Positions 28,493 to 37,033 of a stretch of DNA of 64,000 nucleotides are shown here, piece by piece. A program made the translations under genes and the position numbers. A model generated the notes under the pieces. The model did no database searches. It saw nothing but the letters and a program-made list of their open reading frames with translations, and had not been told where the DNA came from. This DNA is from Thermoplasmatota archaeon. Lineage in GTDB: Archaea > Thermoplasmatota > Penumbrarchaeia > Penumbrarchaeales > Penumbrarchaeaceae. Numbering within the stretch: position 1 is the first letter of the stretch; every line of letters begins with the position of its first letter. The stretch is taken from contig JAWOCK010000038.1 in the NCBI GenBank assembly GCA_046483845.1, positions 355 through 64,354 on the forward strand. The letters are read 5' to 3'.

Positions 28493-30280
28493 ATGGAGAC
28501 CAAAGAAAGGATATCAGCGCTTAGGGATCTAATGGAGGAAGAAGGGATAGAGGCATATCTGGTGCCCAGCACGGACCCTCACCAATCCGAATACCTTCCA
28601 GAATGCTGGAAGAGAAGGCAATGGATCTCCGGTTTCACCGGCTCAGCCGGTGATGTGGTGATCACCGGGGACAAGGCCGGTCTCTGGACCGACGGCAGGT
28701 ATTTCCTCCAGGCGGAGGAGCAGCTCGAAGGGTCCGGCATCGACCTGTTCAGGATGGGGCAGCCCGATGTCCCCAAACTGGAGGAATGGGTCTCCAGGGA
28801 GCTCGGAGAGGGGGAGCATCTGGGAATGGACCCCGGGGTGATATCGGTCCAGGCCTCCAACAAGCTGGAGAAGACCCTGAAGGAGAGGGGTGTGAAGCTG
28901 AAATACGTCGAGAGGAACCTGGTCGACGAGCTGTGGAAGGACAGGCCCTCCCCTTCAAAGGACCCGATCATAACACTTCCTTCTGAATACACCGGAGAGA
29001 CGGTAAAGGAAAAGCTGGACAGGATAAGGGAGAAGATGAAAGACAAGATGTGCAATGTGCATGTCCTTGGTTCCCTGGACACCATTGCCTGGACCTTCAA
29101 TATCAGAGGAACGGACATAGATTTCAATCCCCTGGTCATCTCATATGCCGTCATAACGAAAGAAGATGCCCACATCTTCCTGGACATGGACAAGGTTACC
29201 GACAAGGCAGAGGAAGCGCTCTCAGGACTGGTCGGGTTCCACCCATACGTTGAGATGGGTCCCTTTCTGGCGGATATCGGGGAGGAGGAGAACAAGGTCT
29301 GGATAGACCCGAAGGCCACCAACAGGTGGATACTGCTCCAGCTGGGAAAAGGGACCAGGACCCACATGGAGCGCTCCCCTGTAATGGATATGAAATCGGT
29401 GAAGAACGATGTGGAGCTCCAGGGTTTCCGCGACTGTCTGGTTGTGGACGGAGTTGCCATGGTCAAGTACCTGAAATGGCTCGAGGACAGGGTCCCGGAA
29501 GGAGGGGTCACCGAGATATCCGCCGCGGATAGGCTGGAAGAGTTCAGAAGGCAAGGCGACATGTTCGTCGGCCTCTCCTTCAAGACCATCTCGGGGTACG
29601 GAGAGCACGGTGCTGTGATACATTACGATCCGAAACCGGAAAGCGACGTGGAACTGAGGGAAGAGGGCATCTATCTGGTCGATTCGGGTGGGCAGTACAT
29701 GAACGGGACCACCGATATCACCAGGACCGTGACACTTGGGAAACCCACCGATGAACAGAAGGAGATGTTCACCAGAGTGCTGAAGGGGCACATCGGTCTC
29801 GCCACGCTAAGCTTTTTAAAGGGTTTCTCCGGAAAACAGATCGAGCTCCCCGCAAGGAAGCCTCTCTGGGATGCCGGAAAGAACTACACCCACGGAACAG
29901 GTCACGGAGTAGGGCATTATCTCAACGTCCACGAGGGGCCCATGGGCATCACCCCGAAGGACATCGGTGTGCCGCTCAAAGCCGGCAACGTGCTCTCGAA
30001 CGAGCCCGGTTTCTACAAGGCGGGCGAATACGGCATAAGGATAGAGAACCTGGTACTTGTCCAGGACGACGAGGAACTCAGCTCGGACGAGTTCCAGTTC
30101 CTGAGGTTCGAGACCCTAACGCTCTGTCCCATCGACCTGAACCTGGTGAGCGGGGAAATGCTCACCGAAGAGGAGAGGACCTGGTTGAACCGGTACCACC
30201 ATGAGGTCCATTCCAGACTTGCCCCTCATCTGGACGAGGAGCACAAAGAGTGGTTGAAGGAGCATACAACGGAAATATAG
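28493..30280 (+). CDS. Aminopeptidase P (Xaa-Pro, M24, three-domain type)
   Basis: DPHQSEY, SGFTGSAG, WTDGRY, DSGGQY, GTTDITRT, HGTGHGVG, VHEGP, EPGFY, GIRIEN. Confidence 0.95.
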   Translation: METKERISALRDLMEEEGIEAYLVPSTDPHQSEYLPECWKRRQWISGFTGSAGDVVITGDKAGLWTDGRYFLQAEEQLEGSGIDLFRMGQPDVPKLEEWVSRELGEGEHLGMDPGVISVQASNKLEKTLKERGVKLKYVERNLVDELWKDRPSPSKDPIITLPSEYTGETVKEKLDRIREKMKDKMCNVHVLGSLDTIAWTFNIRGTDIDFNPLVISYAVITKEDAHIFLDMDKVTDKAEEALSGLVGFHPYVEMGPFLADIGEEENKVWIDPKATNRWILLQLGKGTRTHMERSPVMDMKSVKNDVELQGFRDCLVVDGVAMVKYLKWLEDRVPEGGVTEISAADRLEEFRRQGDMFVGLSFKTISGYGEHGAVIHYDPKPESDVELREEGIYLVDSGGQYMNGTTDITRTVTLGKPTDEQKEMFTRVLKGHIGLATLSFLKGFSGKQIELPARKPLWDAGKNYTHGTGHGVGHYLNVHEGPMGITPKDIGVPLKAGNVLSNEPGFYKAGEYGIRIENLVLVQDDEELSSDEFQFLRFETLTLCPIDLNLVSGEMLTEEERTWLNRYHHEVHSRLAPHLDEEHKEWLKEHTTEI

Positions 30281-30288
30281 GTGATCAG

Positions 30289-30534
30289 ATGACCGAATGG
30301 GACGATCTTCTCTACCAGGAGATATTCCGATCCATGTTGGACTACCTTGCAAAGAGAAGGAGATCGGACCCCGACTTCTCAAGGGAGGTCATGGTGGAGA
30401 TACTGGAGATGGAGTACACAAAGCAGGACAATGCCTGGGCCGGAAAGAGCCCCGTTGAGATCATAAAGGACAAGGCCACCATTGCCGCATACGAGCTCTA
30501 CCTGAGCGAATGGAAAGAGAGAGGGAGATCCTGA
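30289..30534 (+). CDS. Small hypothetical protein
   Basis: AGGTGA RBS; host-like codon usage; 81 aa helical. Confidence 0.6.
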   Translation: MTEWDDLLYQEIFRSMLDYLAKRRRSDPDFSREVMVEILEMEYTKQDNAWAGKSPVEIIKDKATIAAYELYLSEWKERGRS

Positions 30535-30627
30535 TCCTTCGGCTACACCTTCACACACCCCCCCCCCTTGCCACAGCTTATGAACTCCGGAGGGCTTTTA
30601 CATGATCCCCCAACCGGAGGTTGCAGT

Positions 30628-31311
30628 ATGTCATATGAGGATGCAGACGGCTACATCACAGGTCTTTCGGCTTTCGACGATCTGTTCGGTCCGCTCAGAA
30701 AAGGGGAGCTCTATCTCATCGTGGGCAGGACCTCCCTCAACAGGAACCTGGTAGACAGGGCCGCCGTACTTGCCGCGAGCAGGGGAGATCCGGTGCACTA
30801 CCTCGACGGCGGGCAGAGGGCGGATCCCTTCTCGATGGCAAGGCTGCTCCGTATGCAGCGGAGGGACCCCCGATCGGTCCTGGAGAGGATAATGATAGCA
30901 AGGGCCTTCACCGCATACCAGATGGATTCCCTCATCAGGGAGAGGGTCGAGGAGCTCGAAGAGGCTCCGGACCTGCTAGTTGTCTCGTCCATGGATGCTC
31001 TCTTCTCGGACCCCGAGGTGGATGCCGATGAAGCAAGGGCCATGGTCAGCAACTGCATGGCTTCCCTCAGGGAGACCGCCGACAGGGGCGCCTGCGTCCT
31101 GATATTGGCCGTGGGGGGCAGCAGGGGGAGCGAGCTGCTTGCGCTCATAAGTCCCATCTGCGCGAACTGGGCTTCCCTGACCAACAGGTTCGGCAACAGG
31201 GTGAGGATGGTGACCAGAGGGAGCCAATGGAGGGACTTCGTCCCGCTGCACCCCTTCCAGACCATGCTGGAGGACTACGGCTCCCGGGGGAGCATCGAGG
31301 AGGCAGCGTAA
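30628..31311 (+). CDS. Inactivated RadA/RecA-like protein of the PolB2 cassette
   Basis: TGLSAFDDLFG start, no intact Walker A (VGRTSL); YLDGGQRADPF, IMIARAFTAYQM, LLVVSSMDALF; C-terminal QTMLEDY (PIP-box-like). Confidence 0.8.
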   Translation: MSYEDADGYITGLSAFDDLFGPLRKGELYLIVGRTSLNRNLVDRAAVLAASRGDPVHYLDGGQRADPFSMARLLRMQRRDPRSVLERIMIARAFTAYQMDSLIRERVEELEEAPDLLVVSSMDALFSDPEVDADEARAMVSNCMASLRETADRGACVLILAVGGSRGSELLALISPICANWASLTNRFGNRVRMVTRGSQWRDFVPLHPFQTMLEDYGSRGSIEEAA

Positions 31312-31532
31312 TGGGAAAGACCTGTCCGACGTATCGGATGCTCCTTGAGGAGGAGATACACACCTGGGAGAGCTTCAGGAGAGCTCTTAGAAAAGAAGAC
31401 AGGGAAGCTTTCGATCGGTTGATGAACAAGGTCAGAAGACATGCTTCGGCGTCATCGAACGCTGCCAGATTGAACCCTTTTGAATCCCTCGTTATGGCGG
31501 CGCTGGTGGAGCTGGAGAGGAGAGATGATTAA
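31311..31532 (+). CDS. Small PolB2-associated protein (arCOG07300-like)
   Basis: MGKTCPTYR...WESFRRALRKEDREAFDRL...HASA...PFESLVMAALVE; TAATG coupling to the upstream gene. Confidence 0.8.
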   Translation: MGKTCPTYRMLLEEEIHTWESFRRALRKEDREAFDRLMNKVRRHASASSNAARLNPFESLVMAALVELERRDD

Positions 31533-31646
31533 TATATGGTGTTGCAGGCTGCAAGATGGGAAATGAATAGCGGGCCATGGAACCTTCCAGCCGAAAGCTG
31601 GAAGTGTTGACGAGTCCATGACCCAGTGTAACATGCCAACTGAACG

Positions 31647-31675
31647 AAAAAGCATTTCTGTAGAATGCTTTTTTT
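31647..31675. terminator. Hairpin flanked by A and T tracts (possible bidirectional terminator)
   Basis: AAAAAGCATT-TCTGTAG-AATGCTTTTTTT between convergent genes. Confidence 0.5.
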
Positions 31676-32002
31676 GTTTAAGGACCTGATACGGCATTTC
31701 TTTCTTTTCAGGCATATTACCGTATTAAGAAATATGTTTGATAGCATATTGTTTCTTTTTTTGACAGATCATACTATAAAAACAATACATCAGATGGGTT
31801 CATTACCCTCTATTACCCATTATTTGGGACCTTGGGGTCTTATAGATCGTCTCCTTGCGAACTCGAGATTCGAGAAGGACAATAATCCCACCCTCATCGA
31901 AACTCCACTCGGATGGTTTGACGGGTAGTGTGTGCAAGGAACAGGGGTATATTTCCGTATGAACGGAACAGGCACCCATCGGAGGAGAAATGAACCGGGG
32001 GA

Positions 32003-32992
32003 TCAACCCGTACTGAAAAGCAAAATGGAGACTGTGAAGAGACCGGATACCCCCGAGATCTGCCACATTGCATAGTTTATGTGGGACCTGATCCTCTCCA
32101 TGATCGAGGAGAGGTTCCCTCCGTTGTTGGCTTCTCTGTACATTCTGAACAATCCGACAATGGTTATCAGATATCCGAAGAATATCACGATCGATATCAA
32201 TGAAATGGTAAAGAAGTCGTTCAATACCGGACCTGCGATCCGTATCGATCCCCTCCTGTTGAACCAGATGTACATGAGGGCCACCATCAAAGGGAGACCT
32301 ATCATGAAGAATATCAAAGCCAGTCCGAGCGATCTCTTTAGTCCGAGCCTCACAATAGGTGTTAGAAGCTTTTCGGAAAGGTCCTCTTCATAATCCTGGA
32401 TCTGGTTCCCGATCTCGAGAGCATAATGTACCATTGTGAAACCAAATGCAAAGAGGAAGAGGTCCAGGGTCAAGCCTCCTGATACAACGTAGAACATGAA
32501 CACAAGGGGTATGAAGAAACAGCACAGACCCAGGGCCAAGATGTGATACAGAACCCCTCTGGTCTTGAATGAGAATGGTTTCATCGAATATCCGAAGCCG
32601 AAGAATATCCCTGCCAGGATCATGACCATCGGAACGAGGTCTCCCATCCGATAGCAGATGTGAGCACCGAGTATGATCGAAATACCGAGATGGAATGCTA
32701 TGGCGGTCTTCAATCTTTTTTCCCCCAGGTAGTTCACACCCCAGGCGATGGAGGTTTTGAAGGTCTGGTACTTCGCATCCATATCTCTATCCGTCCATGC
32801 GTTGATGAGAAAACCGCTGAGATAGAGCAGGATGAAGGCTATCACTCCCTCAATGACGGTGATGCTGTAGAACTGTTCGAAAGAATTGGTTGCAATAAGG
32901 ATCGGAATGAAGAGGGCTATGAGCTCCCCGGGGAAATATTCGTACCTGCATACTATCAGATATGCTTTGATCATTCTGAAGAGGTCAGCCAT
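32003..32992 (-). CDS. UbiA family prenyltransferase
   Basis: Multi-TM; INAWTDRDMD and NQIQDYEED Asp-rich motifs; YSMKPFSFK. Confidence 0.85.
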   Translation of the reverse strand: MADLFRMIKAYLIVCRYEYFPGELIALFIPILIATNSFEQFYSITVIEGVIAFILLYLSGFLINAWTDRDMDAKYQTFKTSIAWGVNYLGEKRLKTAIAFHLGISIILGAHICYRMGDLVPMVMILAGIFFGFGYSMKPFSFKTRGVLYHILALGLCCFFIPLVFMFYVVSGGLTLDLFLFAFGFTMVHYALEIGNQIQDYEEDLSEKLLTPIVRLGLKRSLGLALIFFMIGLPLMVALMYIWFNRRGSIRIAGPVLNDFFTISLISIVIFFGYLITIVGLFRMYREANNGGNLSSIMERIRSHINYAMWQISGVSGLFTVSILLFSTG

Positions 32993-33254
32993 ATCGAACG
33001 ACTCCGTATGTTAACTATTAACCATTTGGGCCCATTAAATAAATAACCATGATGCTATTGATAATTTTCCATTTGATCGAAAATATTTGGTGCCAGTTTC
33101 AGTGATGCACAATAAGAGTTGAGGCATACTTCAACTAAATGAAGCACCTCATCGATGAACTCGTGAAAGAATACGAGGCAATCGCCAACGGTCAGGCAAG
33201 GCCCTGTCGAATTCCAAGCATTCATTGGTAAGAAGATCGATCGGTATGATATTA

Positions 33255-34418
33255 TCATTTTTTCAGAAGGAATATGATGAAAGAGATCCCTGAAACGATA
33301 ACTACCAGCGAGACAAGAAGGAAACCCTTGAAGTACCATGAGGCTCCCCTGAGGGCGAGTATAAGTTCCAGTCCCTCCTCACCGCCTACAGAATCGTAGA
33401 TGTCCTCATCGTACATCTCCCAGACCTCGTCGTAGCTGATATTGAAGCCTTCCTCGACATCCCTTGATATCGGGGATCCCATTGGTACATATCTGTGTGT
33501 ATCCTTGTAAGTGGGGATCAGTTCCAGGGAAGAGATGCTCCCATCGTTATCGACCTTTACCTTCGCAACGTAGGAGTGATCCGAGCTTTCATCGGCGGTA
33601 TCCATCACGGCATTACCCAGGGAATAGAGTATCAATCCATCCCCGTATCCCTCCACCTGATGAACAGTGTGGGGACCGTGTCCCATTATGATGTCCGCTC
33701 CCCGGTCGATAAGGTCACGGCACAGGTCCATATCGCCCTCTTCAGGAGACTTTGTGTACTGGGGCCACTTTCTCCAGTGGATGGAGACAATGAGAACGTC
33801 CACAAGGTCCCTGGCATAAACTATGTCCTTTTCCATCAGGTCCCGGTCCAAAGGAAGAGGGCCGGGGAGCTCACCCGCTGCCATCCAGTGGTCCCTGACA
33901 TTCTCGGTATATGCAAGGAAACCAAAGGTAAGGCCCGAGGCCTCGAGGATGACAGGTCTCTGCATTGATGCGTTCTCGATAGGATCGTCGTACCAGATGC
34001 CCGCGTGCCCTATCCCCGCATCATCCAGATATCCCATGGTATCGTTCAATGCATCGTACCCGTAGTCCAGACAGTGATTGTTGGCAAGGGAAACAGCATC
34101 GATCCCTGCGTACTCCAGACATCCAATTGTACTGGGATCCGACCTGAAAGTGCAGTACTTCCCTTCTTCCTCGACCCCTCTATCTGACACCGGGGTCTCG
34201 AGGTTGGCAAAGGTCAAATCGGCGTCATCGATATGCTCCATTATCTCCTCGAAAGGGTAATCGGTGCCGTAGGTCTCTATGCGCTCACCTATCGCTCCAT
34301 CGAAGACGAGATCCCCCATGAAGATCAGTGTGGTATGCTCATCGGCATCCGCCATTGAAGGTTGGGGTAAAAGGACCACAGCGACGATCATAAACAGAAT
34401 GAGATACCTGGCCATCAT
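33255..34418 (-). CDS. CapA/PgsA family metallophosphoesterase, membrane-anchored
   Basis: GDLVF, ANLETP, SLANNHCLDYG, SIHW, IMGHGPH, YSLGN; signal peptide and C-terminal TM. Confidence 0.9.
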   Translation of the reverse strand: MMARYLILFMIVAVVLLPQPSMADADEHTTLIFMGDLVFDGAIGERIETYGTDYPFEEIMEHIDDADLTFANLETPVSDRGVEEEGKYCTFRSDPSTIGCLEYAGIDAVSLANNHCLDYGYDALNDTMGYLDDAGIGHAGIWYDDPIENASMQRPVILEASGLTFGFLAYTENVRDHWMAAGELPGPLPLDRDLMEKDIVYARDLVDVLIVSIHWRKWPQYTKSPEEGDMDLCRDLIDRGADIIMGHGPHTVHQVEGYGDGLILYSLGNAVMDTADESSDHSYVAKVKVDNDGSISSLELIPTYKDTHRYVPMGSPISRDVEEGFNISYDEVWEMYDEDIYDSVGGEEGLELILALRGASWYFKGFLLVSLVVIVSGISFIIFLLKK

Positions 34419-34450
34419 GATAAACGGTAAGGATATCGTGAACAACAATC

Positions 34451-34843
34451 TTAAGGGTTGGGGACTCTCTCTTCTCTGCAGGTTCTGATCCACACGATAT
34501 GCACCGAAACAGCCAAGGCTATCAAGATAAGGATAACCTTGACTAAAATGTTGGATACAAAGAGAAGAGCGGACGTCAGTATGACCGCCCAGAGAAGGAG
34601 AAGTATCATCAACTTATGCCTCAAAATGATGCCCTTTCCACTGGCATAGTTCGAAATGTAGCTTCCAAAGACCTTGTTGGTGAGCAGCCAGTGGTGAAGA
34701 CGCTTTGAGCTTTTTCCGAATGAATAGGCTGAGATCAAAAGAAAGGGTGTTGTTGGCAGAACAGGAAGGAAGATGCCGATCACCCCCAGCGACAGTGAGG
34801 TCATCCCCAGAATAACAAATGCTGTCTTTTTGATCGGGTTCAT
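34451..34843 (-). CDS. YbaN (DUF454) family membrane protein
   Basis: GVIGIFLPVLPTTPFLLISAYSFGKSS...WLL. Confidence 0.9.
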   Translation of the reverse strand: MNPIKKTAFVILGMTSLSLGVIGIFLPVLPTTPFLLISAYSFGKSSKRLHHWLLTNKVFGSYISNYASGKGIILRHKLMILLLLWAVILTSALLFVSNILVKVILILIALAVSVHIVWIRTCREERVPNP

Positions 34844-34932
34844 GAAAGGACCTCCATCCATCAAGGGAAGCATATGTTCATATGAAATATTTATTACCAT
34901 GTTCCAACAATCGATATCACAATAGGTGCTCA

Positions 34933-35706
34933 ATGATGAGAAAGCACGGAAAGCCCCCGTATGATATCGTTCTGGTCCACGGCGGGCCCGGTTCGGCAGG
35001 GGAGCTCGAACCGCTGGCAAGGATGCTGTCACCGGAGATGGGCGTGCTGGAGCCGTTCCAGACCGAGGATTCGGTCGGTGGGCAGATCGAAGAGCTGAAG
35101 GAGCATATAGAAGAGAACTGCAGGGTCCCGGTAACGCTGGTGGGCTGGTCATGGGGAGCCTGGCTTTCGATGATGGCGGCATCCGAACACCCCCAACTCA
35201 TCAAAAAGCTCATAATGGTCGGGTGCGCACCGCTGGAGGACCGATACGTTCCCATCATAATGAGGAAACGATACCGGAGGCTCGGCACGGGGGAGATAGA
35301 TGAGCTCAAAAGGGTCACTTCGATGATGAGCTCCCCCGGGACATCGGAAGCTGTCCCGAGAAGGTTCGGGGAGCTGATGTCCAAGGCCGATTCCTATGAA
35401 TTGATAGAGCAGGAAAGACCGAACGTAATATACGACCTCCACATCAATCGGAAGGTCTGGGGTGAGGCTTCCAGGATGAGGTCAACAGGTGAGATCCTGG
35501 ATATACTGAGCAGGGTCCGATGCCCCACCACCGCGATACACGGAAGGAACGATCCCCATCCATGGGAAGGTGTGAAGTACCCCCTGGATGAGCTAAGACC
35601 GGATGACGTCTTCCATCTACTGGACAGGTGCGGGCATGCCCCGTGGCTGGAGAAGCACGCTAGAGAGAGGTTCCTGAACCTGTTGAAGGATGAACTGGAC
35701 CATTAA
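34933..35706 (+). CDS. Alpha/beta hydrolase
   Basis: HGGPG, GWSWG nucleophile elbow, HGRNDPH, CGHAPWLE. Confidence 0.9.
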   Translation: MMRKHGKPPYDIVLVHGGPGSAGELEPLARMLSPEMGVLEPFQTEDSVGGQIEELKEHIEENCRVPVTLVGWSWGAWLSMMAASEHPQLIKKLIMVGCAPLEDRYVPIIMRKRYRRLGTGEIDELKRVTSMMSSPGTSEAVPRRFGELMSKADSYELIEQERPNVIYDLHINRKVWGEASRMRSTGEILDILSRVRCPTTAIHGRNDPHPWEGVKYPLDELRPDDVFHLLDRCGHAPWLEKHARERFLNLLKDELDH

Positions 35707-36845
35707 CGATGGTCCTTTTTAAAGAAGGAATAAGCAAGGAACAAAAGGACGAAAAATATCCCCATGACGATGATGAACGTCCAGGGAATTTCTCCCCCAC
35801 TACTGTTCTCTTCAACTGCATCATCCTTGGGATCAAGCGGTACAACTTCATATCCGACCGGTTCGAGCTCGCCATAATCATATTTGATCAGAAGGTCCAC
35901 GGAAGCACTTTCCTCCTCTTCGTTCAAGAAGACGATGTAATATGTATCGGACCATACCTCTATATCACCGCCCCCTCCGTATGCTGGACCCAGTGAAAGA
36001 TCGAACTCTATCGGAGGCTTCTCATAATCGGAAAGGTTCTCCCCGAGGACCTCCGCTCTATGATAAAGGTACATGGTGTCCGTCATCTCCATCATCTTTA
36101 CCTCCACATCGCTGTGGAAGTCCATCCAGGCCCGGGTGTCAAAGGATGAATTGAAGGAGTAGGCAACCATGGACCCGAGGGGCACATTGAACCTATTGTC
36201 CTCAAGGGTGATGTTGGAGTTTTCATCAGCCCTGTGCAGGTCCATATCGATGTAAAGATGCTTTGCCTCATCTTCTTTGATCTCGAACTCACCCGTTTCA
36301 GTTTGATAATGCTCTGCCTCAACCTTGTATGTGTAATTGCCGGGCAGGATATCGAAGAACGTATTTCCGCTCTCATTGGTATATTTATTGTCCAAAGCAA
36401 TTGTCCCGTTATCATCCGATATGGACACGTTCGCTCCCTCAATACCTGCAAGATCCGACTTGGAACTTGCTGCAATGTACAGATCATGCTCGTACTCCTC
36501 AAGCGATATGTTGACCTCCTTCCATTCGAAGAAACCGATCTCTATCCTCTTTGATGTCCAGGGGTGTAAAGGAGAGCTTGCCTCAACAAAGAATATCCCA
36601 TCTCCGCCCACCTGCACCTCATAGGATCCGTTCTCATCCGTATTGGTATGGAAGTTCCTTGGAATGGACTCATTCCTGACCCATACATCGATTCCTTCAA
36701 GGGGATCCCCTGAAGCAGAATCAACCACAGTGCCGTAGAGATAGGTGGTCATTCCTCTGTCTTCCTCGTTCAGACCATCAGCTGCGGCCAGGGAAATACA
36801 AAGCAGTAAAATAGCCGTGAAAAGATGGGAAAGCTCTCTTTTCAT
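35703..36845 (-). CDS. Surface protein with carboxypeptidase-regulatory-like domains
   Basis: Signal peptide; GTVVDSASGDPLEG, TDENGSY, PGNYTYKVEAEHY; C-terminal TM + basic tail. Confidence 0.75.
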   Translation of the reverse strand: MKRELSHLFTAILLLCISLAAADGLNEEDRGMTTYLYGTVVDSASGDPLEGIDVWVRNESIPRNFHTNTDENGSYEVQVGGDGIFFVEASSPLHPWTSKRIEIGFFEWKEVNISLEEYEHDLYIAASSKSDLAGIEGANVSISDDNGTIALDNKYTNESGNTFFDILPGNYTYKVEAEHYQTETGEFEIKEDEAKHLYIDMDLHRADENSNITLEDNRFNVPLGSMVAYSFNSSFDTRAWMDFHSDVEVKMMEMTDTMYLYHRAEVLGENLSDYEKPPIEFDLSLGPAYGGGGDIEVWSDTYYIVFLNEEEESASVDLLIKYDYGELEPVGYEVVPLDPKDDAVEENSSGGEIPWTFIIVMGIFFVLLFLAYSFFKKDHR

Positions 36846-37033
36846 CCAAACTCGCCGACAAAATATGATGGTATTTAGTATATATCTGTTTTCGAAGAAC
36901 AATGAAAATTCAAATAAAGGATATGAAATGGAAAATAAGAGCTATCATTGTACATCATACGTTGAGGGATGATCCTATATTCGCTCCCCTCTCTCCACCC
37001 TTTTTTTAACTACCTTGTAGGGAAATCCGTTCC

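Noticed and set aside
31452..32066. Short ORFs in the AT-rich spacer after the PolB2-associated gene
   Set aside because: They overlap on both strands, lack an RBS and motifs, and have atypical composition.
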